Below are positions 15,147 through 29,800 of a stretch of DNA of 64,000 nt, in pieces; position 1 is the stretch's first letter, and every line of letters starts with the position of its first letter. This DNA comes from the human T2T-CHM13v2.0 reference genome, Homo sapiens. The stretch lies in the NCBI RefSeq assembly GCF_009914755.1, contig NC_060928.1, one strand, 5' to 3'. The notes below the pieces were generated by a model. That model ran no database searches. It was not told the origin of the DNA and saw only the letters and a list, made by a program, of their open reading frames with translations. The position numbers were made by a program, and so were the translations under genes.

Positions 15147-18100
15147 AATAGGTGGAAAATGTCATTCATTTACTCTATTATTTACTGATATGTGTGTGTG
15201 TGTGTGTGTGTGTGTAGCTCTATTTTAGGGGCTAGTCATACAAACATGATCTCTGTCCTTAAGAATCTGTATGTAATCTAATGAGGGGGATGAGATGTAA
15301 ATGAACAACGTTCGATACAATGTGGAAAATGCTGTATGTGAGTCATCGACTAAATACTACAGGGGTAATTATATGGCCAATGAGGGGCTAGAAGAATGCT
15401 TCTCAGGAGACATAGGAGCTGGAAGTAGGAGTTTTTCATGTGTAATGGGGGCTCATTTTGGCAGAAAAAAACAGTGCAGGTGAAGGCCCAGAGGCCAAGA
15501 ACAGAATGCTAAAACTGGGGAGAGGCTCAGTGATCAGACGTGGGACTTCTCATTTGACAAGTTAATTCTTTGGGTTCTTTTTTGGGAAGGCTCCTCATGT
15601 CATGTCAAAACCCTTTAATCTAGGAGACTGCTAAAGGAATAAAAATATCTACAAATTACTTATGTTATTTATAAAGTTGTGCATCTACGGAAATGTTTAC
15701 TGCCTGAATGCTGCTATATATATCACTGAAGCTGAATCTCATGTGACTCTCCAGGGATAGGCTAAAGAGAGAACTGGAGAAAGAAGTGGCAAGAAAAAAG
15801 CAAACCCAGGGATTCACTCATGACAAATTATGTACAATTACAATCATGTTGACATAAATGTTATGTTCTCTCTCCTTCTCCCTTTCTACTTGAAAACCAC
15901 CTCAGTGGGACTACTGCTAGTATTCTGAACAGGTTTCATAGCTCATCTCACTTACTTTGGCAGAGTATCTAGCCATTTCTCACTTATTTAAGCGGAAAAT
16001 AAATTATCGTGACTGTAGGAAACCAAAGATTTTAGGAATATAAATAGCAGGAAAATTACAGTCAAGAGAACTTAGAGATGCAACAGGGGGGTATGTAGCT
16101 TGTACAAGACAAAAAGTCTGGATTATGGGAAACAGAAATTTAAGATCTGAAGGGTTTGGGACTAGGCAAAAAGAATGAGGTCAGGGATTGGGTGTTTGTC
16201 CTTGCATCCCTTTTTCTGGAGTTTCCACATGGCCCTGAATCCTCTCTGTAGGGTCTGTCCTGACCATTTCAGCCCTACAGGCTCTACTTCCTTAACTCTC
16301 CAACCACTGGAGGTTTGCTTATGTGTTATATTTATTGTGTCAAATAATGGTATTCACTGCATAATTTGAATTGATAAATACAGTGAATACCAGTAAGTTC
16401 AGTGCATTAGTTCAAAGACATAATAAATATGTACCATTATGTACCATTCTCAGGAGAGAATGGCAGAGTCTCAAAATAAATACACATGCAAACTCTATTA
16501 TGAAAGTGAGAGTATTCACCTATTTGGGAGGGAGCAGAGTTCTCACCAAGGAAATTTTACTAGTGGCAGCAGAGTCCAGCAATCAAGTCAGGACCTTCAC
16601 AAGAATCTTCAGTCCTGCCCTCTAAACACCGGTTATGGGTTTAAGAAAAACAACAAAAAGATGAACAAAGTGGAACAAGAGCTCCTAAATGTCAATGATT
16701 ACAACATAAACAAAATTATTTATCATTAAAAAAACTTCATAAAAGCTTGGCAAGATATCAGTAAGTCACTGGCAGAAAAACAAGGTGGGATTAAAATTCT
16801 CAAGGGAAAAAAGCAGACTGAGGAAGGGCTTTTTTTTTTTTCTACGATAAACTGATGACTGAAGTTATGATTTAGACTTTCTTTTGCCCTTTGGAAAGAC
16901 ATTACTTATTTTAAGGCTGATTCTAAAGGAGCTCTTTTCTAACATGTAAAATATGTTCATTTGAGCTAGCAAACAAATACATAAAGATACAGAAGCCATA
17001 CCTATTGAAAAGATAATCGGTATGAACCTATTGATTATTATAATCCTAATCAGGTAAGACTAAAAAATGTACACAATACCTATGTATATGGGCAGGACTA
17101 GAAAAAATTGTAAATCATGAGAAGAGTTCTCTATCAGGGCAGTACAGTTAAATATATTTCCTTTGTTGTTGGTTTAATAGAGATTAAAAGACAAAGAAGA
17201 AGAGAAGAAACCCATAAAAATGTCCATCATAAGTGGTTGTCTCTAACAATCAAATAAATATTATTACAGATGAAAGAATATTTACCAAATTACAGGCTAA
17301 CATTTTTACTTTAAAAAATCAGGCCAGGAAAAATCCCGGAGAGGGTCCACTGGGCACCAGCTTCATCAGTTCCTCCTTTCCAACCACTCAAAGCTGAATC
17401 AGGACATCCCTTCTGCTTCTATTCTTCCTCAAACTCCTCTCATTACTGAATCTGCTGCTTCTATGGGAATACACAGCAGAAAGTTCCTTTTAACACCTCT
17501 GCAGGACTGGGGTCACTTCAAAGTCCTTCTGAGTATATGGAGCTCTGGTCAACTCCACATTGTTTCTACCATAAAATGTAGATTAGTCAACCAAATCACT
17601 AGAAGGAGGTCAAAAAACACAAACCCTTTCCATTCCCAAGAACCAGTGGCCAATTAGAATGCTTTCTTTACCTCTAGCATTCCAAGAGCACTGGAATTCC
17701 AAAGCAAATTATAATTTTAGGAAGAAAAAATATCACTGAATCATGGTTTCTCTAAGCCTCAGGGTAATAATTTTTCCTGTAATAGTTAGAAACTCAAAAC
17801 ATGTATGGATTGCATAAATTTTGAATGCTTTGTTCTATAAAAACATGGTCCTTCATGAATAATGGAGAAGCAAAGGAGAGAGAGAACAATCCAAGTAAAA
17901 CAACACTTTTCTGGATTCTGAGAAAATTCCAGATAGAGAACAAAAACCTTGCCAGCATGTTCCACTTCATAAACAACGAAACTAAGGTTGTTCTGCTCAT
18001 TCTCTGTAAGTCTTTTCAATAACAAAATATTCCTCATTAATAAAAAGGTCATACCTTGGCATTCTAATTGTTGAATAAAGTTAGAAACATGCTTAGTTTA

Positions 18101-18758
18101 TGTTAGTAAAAGGTGGCTGCAAATCCTAGGCACAAAAAATGTGATACAAATTTGGGTACTTAGTAGGGTATAATCACATTGTGATTACACATAGGAATCA
18201 CACTGTGTATGCTTTGAACAATTTTCTTAGTGTTTCTCAAGTACCAATAACAAATGGTGTCTATTTAGGAAAGAAACATGGTCCTCTTAAGCTGTGTTAT
18301 GAGTAACGATACTATTTACAGGGTGAATGACAACCAAGGTATTCAATAGTGATCCCATTTTTCATTTCTTTTCTTCCATAAGATCAATTCCAATAATCAC
18401 CTAGAGGAAAATACTACTTCATATACTTCCCTTTGAGTTTTAGGGTGAGCTAAAATAGCCCTTCAAATCACTCCCTTCATACAAGGACATGCAGAGCAGC
18501 AATTGGAATTAAGGCTAAAAAAAGAGGAGGACAGATGATAACACTGGTGACCAGAACCAGTTATTTAAGACTGCTTATATGATTCTCCTTAAATGAGACC
18601 ATTAAGAGTTTGACAGATAACTATCTACCTGGATAATTTTGATGAGATCCTTAAAGGCACAAGAATGCTCTCTTATGTTACTTGCCAGTCCTATGATGCT
18701 GCACTATCAGCCTAAGATGATATTATTAACTGTTTATGGCTCATCAAAAGACCTTCCA

Positions 18759-19081
<323 letters not shown>

Positions 19082-19324
19082 CTACTAAATGTAAAATAAC
19101 ACATTCCCTTCCTTGCCCTTCCCAAGTTGCTTCTTAGAACTTAAACACTCCACTAACAAGTGAAGAAAGAAAATTAATGAGGCATACAAAATTTTTTTTC
19201 TTGAACAATATTAAACTACTGCATTTTGGTGGTGGTGGTAGTAAGGTGCTAAAGAGAAATATTTTCTTTAATTTAAATCACCTAGGAAGCTTTTCACCAA
19301 ACTACTGTATCTTTCCTCCCAGGT

Positions 19325-19458
19325 TATTTTTTATTTATCTTTTTTTTTAGGAGTCTCAGTGTATTTTCCAGGCTGAATTCAAACTCCTAGACTCAAGTGA
19401 TCCTCCGCCTCAGCCGCCAGAGCAGCTGGGACTACAGGTGGCGCCACTACATCCAGCT
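19325..19458 (-). mobile_element. Alu monomer / FLAM-like fragment
   Basis: AACTCCTAGACTCAAGTGATCCTCCGCCTCAGCC...GGGACTACAGG. Confidence 0.8.
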
Positions 19459-19480
19459 TATTTTAATTTAAACTACTCAA

Positions 19481-19725
19481 GCAGTGGCTCATGCCTGTAA
19501 TCCCAGTGCTCTGGAAGGCCAAGGTAGGAGGATCACTTCAGGCCAGGAGTTTGAGACCAGCCTGAGCAACATAGCAAGGACCCGTTTCTATTTAAAAATG
19601 TTTTAAAAATTAGCTAGGCATTTAACTTGGAGGTCCAAGCTGCAGTGAGCTATCATGGTGGCACTGCACTCCAGCCTGGGTGAGGTGACAGAGCAAGACC
19701 CTATCTCTAAAAAAAAAAAAAAAAA
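19481..19725 (+). mobile_element. Alu (J-like) with internal deletion
   Basis: GCAGTGGCTCATGCCTGTAATCCCAG start; part of right arm missing; poly(A). Confidence 0.88.
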
Positions 19726-20975
19726 TGTTTTAAATAAAAATCTACTCAAGAGTATCTACACAATGCCTACACAGCTATGCAAAAGACCACCACAAAAACA
19801 CACTTCCATATATCACTGGACATAATTTTGGCTGAAAGACATTTGGAAACACTCTAAACTCAAGCAACAGCATCAAAGCCAATCTCCACAAATTGCCTAC
19901 ATAGTCTGAAAAACAAGGTTGCTGAATACCCACCAAATGCCTGTGTTTTTGAGTAGTACACAAGCTGATATAAGCTACTAGGCACAATTATGGCTTCTAT
20001 GAGACATGGGCTCTTTGGAAACATAACTTTTTTTTAGTTTCTGACATGCTAAGAGTCCTAGATAAAACCCTGCCTTTATGCAGCTTATTGTATCAAACAT
20101 ATCTCATAAAAAGCTTAAAATGTAAAAACTCCCAGTAAAAAAAACTAAGGTGCGTTGTATAGGGTATGATGATATAACAGTGAGTTCAATGAAATACTGG
20201 TTGTATAAAACCACATATGAAATCAGGGTTATTTCTTTCTAGTGCAACAAAATGCACTGAAGCAGTATTAGGTTTTAGGTCAACCTGGAAGGAAATTTCA
20301 AATTCAAGGTAAACGTTTTTATTGACAATTTGGATGAGGATCTAATTAGGCAATGGGGCTACAGCTTCAGGAATCCAAAATGTATCACAGGACTAGACTG
20401 ATGTGCCTACCCTTAATAAGGATAAAGGCAGGTATTTGGGTCCAAAAAGAATTTATTTCATATTCACATTATGTAAAAAACATAATTAACTAGTCCGGCT
20501 GATAGGAGCTCTCCCTTGTTAGTATTGTATTCCCACTGACATTCTGGAGACGATTCTGTTCCCCAGCCAATGAAGAGGTTTTACTGTTCTCTTCCTTCAG
20601 CAAGGAATACTATCCCATTCTGTACCCCCTCAAAATCTTACCCATGTCTTAAAGCACATACTTCCCAGAAAGCTTTGTCTTGGCATCCCAATTAGAATCC
20701 CTTTTTCCTCTTCTATTCTGTTTTTGCAACTCGAGTCTCATTTAGAGTCCTTTCAGGATAGCACCTTGGCAGATAACCTAGATCTCAAAGTATACTTTGA
20801 GACCTGGAGTGCAGGCACTATGGGCCCTCCAGAGGTTTTCTTTATGAAAACTAGTTGATATTGTTTACTGAACTAGCCTGCATCAGAATCACCTGGAGGG
20901 ATTTTAATAAAATGCAGTTTTCTAACAACCCTCAACTACAGCATTCTCAATAGATATGGGATGAGAGCGAAAATC

Positions 20976-21545
<570 letters not shown>

Positions 21546-21884
21546 GCATCTGCAACAAGTTCCCAGGTGATGCCGATGTGGCTGATCTGGAGACCACACT
21601 TTGAAAACCACTGGGTTAGATCAACCTTATTAAATGAGAGTTTATCATGTAACTTTTATTTAAATGTGACAGTGACTATGTAATCATGGAATACAAGTAA
21701 TACATGTTAAGCAATTACAGACTCGTCCTTCATTAGGTGCCTGTACTCTCCAGCATAGTGTCCCATGTTCAGTTTATGGCCTAATTCTCAGAATGGGCCA
21801 GGGCTGTAAGCTCAGTCTATCAGAGAAACCTCTGTTGGAGCTCATCCACCTAGGACTAAAACTATGTCCTTTAAAAAAAAATTT

Positions 21885-21991
21885 CTTTAAGGAAATGGGG
21901 TCTTGCTGTGTTGTCCAAACTGGACTCGAACTCCTGGGCTCAAGTGATTCTCCTGCCTCTGAGACTACAGGCATGTGCCCACTGCACTGGC
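21885..21991 (-). mobile_element. Alu monomer / FLAM fragment
   Basis: GGGGTCTTGCTGTGTTGTCCAAACTGGACTCGAACTCCTGGGCTCAAGTGAT. Confidence 0.8.
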
Positions 21992-22239
21992 AAAACTGTG
22001 TCTTTTAAATCAATAAATGCGGGGTTGGGACGGACTTTAGAGGTCCAGTTTCCTACTCAATAAACTCCTTTGATAACATCCTTAATAGATGGTTTCATGG
22101 CAACCCTCACCTCCACCATGAATGATCTGTGTCTGAGATTCATTACATCAGAAAATAATCTCATTTTATTGTCATATATGTGAGGATGTCTTCCTTAAAC
22201 TTGGTTCTATTTGCCAAGACTTCTATCTACTCATTGGTA

Positions 22240-22556
22240 CAGGCCCCTAATCTCTTATCTGAAATCCTTGGGGCTGCACGTCTTACAACTTAATTTTTCA
22301 GGTTTTAGATAGGGCACACATACTGTGTGTTTTATACTCTCCCCAGTGGGGTCCAGGGAAGCACTCCATCATCAAACACATTTGTATTTTCGCAGTGAAG
22401 CATATAAATATTCACAATTAGTGGGCTAACGAGTATATATAAATAACTTCACATTAATTAAAGTTGGATTTTGCCACCAAATTTACCAAAAAAAAAAAAA
22501 ATCAACTTTCACATATCTTTCAATTCCAAATTTACAAATAAAGAACTGTGGACATA
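22240..22556 (+). mobile_element. MER46C-like Tigger element
   Basis: CAGGCCCCTAATCTCTTATCTGAAATCCTTGGGGC start, CCCCAGTGGGGTCCAGGGAAGCACTCC middle, AACTGTGGAC end. Confidence 0.7.
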
Positions 22557-22969
22557 TATTATTTTGTCCTCAGTGAATACACAAGTAAGTCCACTTCCTC
22601 TTCCATGCTAGCAGTCCTTCCACTATTGGAAGACAGCTCTTACACTTCTCCCTTATCCACTGTGCCTCCACACGTCATACTTCTAAATTATCAACTGACA
22701 AATTAACCTAGTGTAATCAAAGAGGGCTAGAATAGGGCTCTACTGCTCATCCAGAGCAGCTTTCTTTCTTTATTTAAAGTTCAAATGTAGAATAATACAG
22801 GGCACTGGAGGAGCAGGCTACAGCACTGGCACTCCATCCTAGAAAAGAGGAGACTGGAGAAGCTGATGGGCCACACAGAGTTATTCCAAATACATCAAGA
22901 CATACAGATGAAGGATTAAACTCTTATCAATGTGATTCCAAAACAGGATAAAAAAGAGCACGTATTGCC

Positions 22970-23150
22970 CATTACAATGTGCTAGGCACATCTGATGGTT
23001 TGCATGCATACTCTCCATTCCTCACTCTGCTCTATGAAGTAGGAGGTAACATCGTTTTATACATGAGGAAATTAAAACCCTGAGAAGTTAAAGTAAATGG
23101 CTCAAGGTCACATAGCAAGCCAAAGGGAGATCCAGGATTCTTATCTGATT
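22970..23150 (-). mobile_element. MIR SINE
   Basis: TTTTATACATGAGGAAATT...GAAGTTAAAGTAAATGGCTCAAGGTCACATAGC. Confidence 0.75.
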
Positions 23151-25537
23151 CCCAAGTTGAAGCAGAACCCTTTCATATACTCAAAGGGTAATGATAACCC
23201 ACCCAGCATCCCTGCTTCTTCATACATTTTAATCAATGACTTTAAAAGGGATACAGATGCCTGCCTTTCAAATTCCCATATGACAAGAAAATGGAAGGAA
23301 TAAAAAACACTACATCACTAGGTCCAAAAAGACCCCAAATGACTAAAGTGACCAAGTGAATTGAGAAGGGGGGTGCTAATATAGATTACAATAAAACATT
23401 GCAAGTTGATGGGTCCATAAACCAAACTTGTTAGAGGAAGACAGGAGTTTTAGCTGCCTAAAATCTACTTTGAGCCCAGGTGTCAAGACGCTATTAAGAC
23501 TCTAAAACCTGCAGCGCATTAATGGAACTCAAACATCCAGAATGAGGGAAGCTACAGACCACTCCTATCCTGTGGGGGGCCAGCTCAATCTGAAGCACTG
23601 AGTGTACTTCAAAACCCAAACTTTTATTGGGCCAAAACAAAGAATGTAACTAGGAGTGGGGCCACAACAGCAAACGTTCTGAAACCAGCAGGCACGGAGA
23701 ATTAAGACTGTTTAGCCTGGAAGAGTGATAAAGGGTAGGAGGAGGCAAATGACAGCAGGCTCAAATACAGATGGAGATGTGCTTCCATCTATTTCTGGTG
23801 ATGGCCCTGAAATGCAAGCATCCCTTCCAGTGGAGGCTCAGGATGGCGAGAGTGAAGGTGGAGGGAGTTATTCCCACTGGGGGACTGGCATGCCCCAGGA
23901 GAGGTACAGTGCTGTGTCTGCTAGCCGGCAAGAACAGGGGCCTCTAGGCAACAACGCCCTGCTTTGTCTATGGAGAGCCTCTAGCAGTGGGAACTGGGGG
24001 TAAGGAAGCTGGCTGAGTGACACTTCAATGGCCTGCCAGCGGGGGAGTTGTTTTTAGGCAAGTGGAGACTTGTAGCCCTCCTCCAGCCATATAGTGTAGG
24101 TAATTATCCACTGTGAGTCCTTCAAGCTAACCTGCTTGGAGCCTGCAATTCCTTCTGCTCTCCTCCCACGCACCCCATGGGCTGGCTCCAAGAACTTTTT
24201 CTTTTTGGCTTCATCCCCCTTTCCCCCAATCCTGCCCAAATGTGAACTGTACAAACAGTATGACTTCTTCCTTGCCCATACATGAAGAAAATCAGTCACA
24301 AAATTACTACACAAACAGGTTGAATGAGCAAAAACTGGTCTCAGCTGCTCAGGGGAAGGTGATGATGTGATGTGAAAATAATGAAATCTTTCAAGGGTTA
24401 AAATTCAGGTAGAAAAAAACAAAACAAGTTATGGTAGACAAGAGAAGAAAACAGGAAATAACTCTGAACTTAAATGTAAAATAACTTTCAGAAGCATAGT
24501 TCATTTTTTCTAAAATAAATGTGCAAACATTAGAAGTTCCATAAAGAACCTGCACCTATAAAATTTCACGTGGTGTTGGTTTAGCATGCTATAAAATTCG
24601 TATCTTTCTTAACCATTTCTGCTTTGTCCTTCTACTATATGCGTATTCCCCCCAAAACCTTCAAAACTTAAATTCTACTGGCTATTTGACCAAGTATTCT
24701 AAAATCAAAGGATTAATCTTTATAAAAACATGTACAGTTATATAGCATATTGCCAGTTCAAATACTTCTCATCTCCTTAAATTTCCTTTTTTTTTTTTTT
24801 TTTAAACTTTAGATGCTTATGCTGCATAGTATTATAACAATTCCAGGTTTGGATACCCCACCCAGATCTGGAAAGTTCAGCAATACATATGATCAAATGC
24901 CAGAAGTTTGCCTTTCAGGGGTCTTATAACTGCAGACCTAGAGTTACGATTCACACATTGTATAAAACATGCTATTGTAATTCTTACGGTGACTGAATAG
25001 TTAAATCTAATAATATAGGGTCATTTGCCCTTCAGTAAGGTGTCTTTTTCTTTAAAAAACATAAATGTTTGTGATTATTTACCCTACTGTGCTTATAAGA
25101 TTTTAAAAATAATGTTCTAACTCAAAATATCCAAGGGTAAAAAGGGAAATAACTTCCAATAATTTTTATGAAATTATATAAGTATGTAGTCATTGAAAAC
25201 TAAATAGCTACCAATAAGGGCTCTAAGTCTTCCTTTAAAATTCTGAGAGGTTGTCTGGTCATTTTTGCTAAGGATAAAGCTATTTAACCCAGACTAAGTT
25301 TCTTCTGGCTTATTAAAAAGTCAACTTTTTCTTTATTGTAAGTACTTTAAAATTGACTTTAATGTTAGTTAAAATATGTATTTGGTGCCTCTCCCTAAAT
25401 AAGTATTGTAATTATTCTTCAAACAGTACAGAATTTTGAAGCTACGAAGAATAGTTTTTTAAATAGTTATTTTCAACATTTTTTACAAAACATCACAAAT
25501 CATCAAAGCTAGCAATTTCCTATTAAAACAGAAAGTC

Positions 25538-25713
25538 TATTGCAAAGGCGTAAGAATAATACAATGGACTTTGGGGACTCAGGGGAAAGGGTGGGAGTGG
25601 GGTGAGGGATAAAAGACTCCACACTGGGTGCAGTGTACACTGCTCTGGTGATGGATACAACAAAATCTCAGAAATCACCACTAAAAAAACTGATTCATGC
25701 AATCAAAAAAGCA
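25538..25713 (+). mobile_element. Short 5'-truncated L1 (L1PB-like 3' UTR) with 16-bp TSD
   Basis: ACAATGGACTTTGGGGACTCAGGGGAAAGGGTGGGAG...AAATCTCAGAAATCACCACTAAA; ATTAAAACAGAAAGTC at 25522-25537 and 25714-25729. Confidence 0.88.
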
Positions 25714-26639
25714 ATTAAAACAGAAAGTCCAAGTAATATTTTAAACATCATAAAGCTATCTTCATACTACAACTTAGATTTTTCAATGTGGAGTTTTTAT
25801 GTGATAAAAATGCCCTCAAAGATAGGAAAAGAGGAAAGTGGCACTGATTTGTTGGCATGAGGATTAGAGGCTGTGTGTGCTGGGGGGAAGAAGAGCAAAG
25901 TCTGAATGTAGGAAGGAACGGTATTGGTTACTTTGCTGTCCAGAGTCTGGTACTATTCAGAAGACTATAATAATCTATTAACTTGAATCTTGCTCATCTC
26001 ACCCATCATATCCCTGAATATTATAAATTTTAGATCCTAATTTATATTTTGTGATTCAAAATATTTGAATATGGTTTTCCTGTTACCATTCCAAATGCTA
26101 ATGAATTGCACACTCATAGACTCTGTAATAAAAACTTAATATTGTCCTATAGAATATATCAACCCAATATAACATGCCAAAATATAACATTCACCTAATT
26201 TTAAAACATTTTTCCTTTGAAAGAGATATATAATTTCCTTTAGTATATTAACATTAAAAAGACTAGGGAAAAATGTGAACTATGATTTTGCTTTCCTAAA
26301 TTCCAAATTACTGAAACCTAAGAGGTTAACAAATTATTAACCACATAATTTTCTCTCATGATTATGCAGCCTTTAGGATGACCCCAACAAAATCTCCTAT
26401 TTTTGCTTCTTCAACAGAAATACAGGTTTAGATGAGACTTGTTGGACTCAGTTCTTTCCTCCACCCATGGCCTCTACTCGGGGAGCTGGTCAAATGTGGA
26501 ATTTCGAATATCAAATATGTATAAAATAAATAGATGAAAGAGTACATCTCAAAAGGTCAGTAATGAAATGCAAATAATGTTTTCATGATGTATGGAATGG
26601 AATTGTTATTTTCCAACAACAAAAAGAGGTATCAAGTAT

Positions 26640-26800
26640 GCTCTGTATTTGCATTGCCTTTACACAAGCCTATGGGTCGCTACTATGATTACTCCCATTA
26701 TACAGATAAGGAAAGTGAGCATTATAATGCTTTAGGAACTTGCATGGCAGTGAAATTCAAGCACAGGCAATCTGACTCATGAGCTTTAAACACTGCATTA
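26640..26800 (-). mobile_element. MIR SINE
   Basis: CCCATTATACAGATAAGGAAAGTGAG...TTCAAGCACAGGCAATCTGACTC. Confidence 0.7.
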
Positions 26801-29800
26801 TATGTACAGGTGTGTATGTGTGTGTATACACACACACACACACACACACGAGTATGCCTGACAGCTTACCTAGCATATACATTTCTACACAAAGGGGGCT
26901 TAGGAACAGCAATCTGGTTGCAAGATTGAAGTAAATGCTGTATCTGAAGAATATTTTTACTTAGCAAAGGTGTTTATTTGGGGTGGTGAAGGGTATTGCT
27001 GGAGATTATGGGGGCTAGCCCCAACTCCTCCAAACGCCTTGAAGTTGCCACTGCCTATATGAGAATAGAAGAGCTGAGAATTTAGGGCTGAGAACATCAG
27101 GAATTCAAAGATGCTTCCATGGGGGACAGAACGGAGCTTGCTGACGCATGATGCCTATGTGACCTACATGTGCCACCATGCCCCATTTTCCTCCTCTGCC
27201 TTCCCTTCCTTGCATGTAAACATGAAGCCACTCGTAGCAACATCCTCTAAGTAGCCTGGAAGGATAACAAGGATGGATTACGGATAGGAAATGGTAGAGA
27301 CTGGACTGGAAATGCTAGCTGAACCAGGCCTGAAGGAGAGTTGGAGGACAAATACCTAAAAATACAGACTGAGATTCCCTGCCATGGTATAATTGTAAGA
27401 AACTAGAAAGAATCTTCATTCCCCTCTTCTCAGGGCCTATAGAACATACTGCTAAGCTTCAATGTTTACAGTAAAGTACATTCATTAATAGTTCCAAGAA
27501 ATGTTCAGCCTTAGATGTGTGGAAGCGGCTCTGCCATTTTTCTGCTCATTAACTCTATACTGGGAAATATAAGTTGCAACCATCAGTGCGTGGTTGTTTT
27601 CCATTTGAGTTTACATAGTTTTCAAAACAATGAATCATCTGAACTATGCAAAGGAAAGTTATGATGGTTTTAGTCAAATGATTAACTAGAGTTTATATAT
27701 AGAACATGCATCTTTAAATAGCATGGCATCTACATCTACAATGCCAAGCTAACTATCCTTTTCTCCCTTAAAACCTGGAAACTTGAAGGGCTGTTAAATG
27801 TGACTATGTCCAGCACAGATCACAGGGCAAGGTGCAGGCCGGGCTCCACAGTGGTTAGGGAGGTGGATGCAGAGCCTGGACCTCCACCCTGGCCCTGCTG
27901 GCCCTGCTGGCATTAGCTCAGGAACATGACTCTCTCGGTAAGGAAAACAAAGAGGAAGCAAAGGGAAGGACAAGAATGAAATATGTGCTGCCATTTTGTG
28001 AGAGACCTTTAGGGACGTTAATAGAGGAACTAGGATCATCTCACAAACATTTACAGCTGTAAAACAATTGAGTAAACTAGTTTATTGTTTTCTAAAAATA
28101 TGTAAAAATGTAAGGCTTTTTTTTCAAACTATAACTTGGATTCATAAAAATATATACTGGCTCATATGTTAAAATACCATCTAAAATGGTTCAGATAGTT
28201 ATAATTAATATCCAAAAATATCTGACATTACCCACAAGAAACAGAGGAAAAACACAGATTTCTTACCTCAAAAAGAATTCATGGGGACTTTCTAGCTCTC
28301 CTTAGAAATTTGGCTTGAAGCAAAAACACACTATAGAGATTTGCCTTACTTTTCATGTAAATCTCAGCTTTCAATAAACATAAAAATACACACACACACA
28401 CTCCCCTCAATTTATATTCAAAATATCAAGGGATTATCAAAACCCCTAATTTGCCGTCGAAGTCTGTGGCAAGTTTTATACCTTGAGTGAAATGCAGTCT
28501 AATTCCTATGTGGTTATATTTTAGAGGGAGGGGGGAAAAGCAACTTCATTGAAGCCAACGCTCCAGGCAGCCCTGGAGCAGACTGGATCCAGTTTGAAAA
28601 GAACTGGCAACCCTAAAACTTTTTGATAAGATAAAAATTCATTGATGTTGGCTCATATGAGGCCCACTTCAACTCTGCACTTGTCCTCCGTGTTTCCTTG
28701 GCATATCTGCTCCTTTCCTCTATCTACTTTAGCATAACTTTATTTTTCTCTTTTATCTTTCGATAACTGCACCCAGGGACCGGAGGGGATTGATTTTTTG
28801 TTTTGACTTATTGTTTGAAGATCTGTAACTCAAAGCAGCTCTCACGCCTCTGATGTCTAAGCTGGAGCAGCATAAAAGGTAAACCCAGGCCTGGGTATCA
28901 AACTGAGCAGAAGCAATACCATTTTATAATCAGCCATCTAGGTTTTCATCTTATTTTGACTTTCCCCTCACCCGGAGTCAGGTTAGCTAGCAAAGTGCGA
29001 GGTTACTCCTACGCCTTTGTTAGGTGACAAGAAGCAAGTTAAAATAAAAATAAATACCTCGATAGCTTTGCATGCCAGGGCTTCAAGATTAAGCATACTT
29101 GTACTTAAAGCAAAAAGTTATTTCCTACCTAGAAAAATGCCTTGCTTTTCTTCTCAGTGAAAGGAAACTTCAACACATTTGAGAAAGTTGCTTTTCAAAA
29201 ATTAAATCTGAAAACAAGGGAAGATGGTACAACTGACAAAAATCATTTCCCCAAAAAGCCTCAATCAAGGTGAAAAAACATAATGCTTTTTTGAGACAAG
29301 TTTACAGACTCAAAATAAAAATGTTATTCTTGAACCAGAAGATGTTTAAAGAGAGATCCATATATATTAGGTTAGAAAGTTAGTTGTGTTTTCAGAGTTT
29401 GGTGTTAGCAGTAGTATGTACTCCAAATCAGCAAGTGTAATAAACCAAAGTTAAATTCACTTTCCTTCTCTCTTTCAGTATAATCCTCAAATTATTAGGA
29501 TTATTTTTGTCCTAATTCAGCCAATATCAAATTCATATGTTAGTCTCTGTACATACAAATATTCACAAGAGTTTTGAGGGTCTGTTCCCTGAAGTTGTTC
29601 AGCTTGCTGAAATATGGTTACATATGCAAACATTATCTCCCAATTGTAACCTCATTTTCTGCTCTGCTGGACAGCGTGACCAGTATTTGTCATTGTGCCT
29701 CCCCCCCCGCCACATCATTCATATGTCTATAATTGTCATCGAGATGTGGCATGTCAGCGGGACTCCAGTGTTCTCTGCTCCCCGTCTTCACACAGTCACT

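Noticed and set aside
18171-18187. 17-bp palindrome TAATCACA-T-TGTGATTA
   Set aside because: An 8-bp arm is expected by chance about once in a window of this size and composition.
24028-24050. CTCF-like motifs (also near 31970 and 54865)
   Set aside because: Partial matches only; cannot be supported without a matrix scan or ChIP data.
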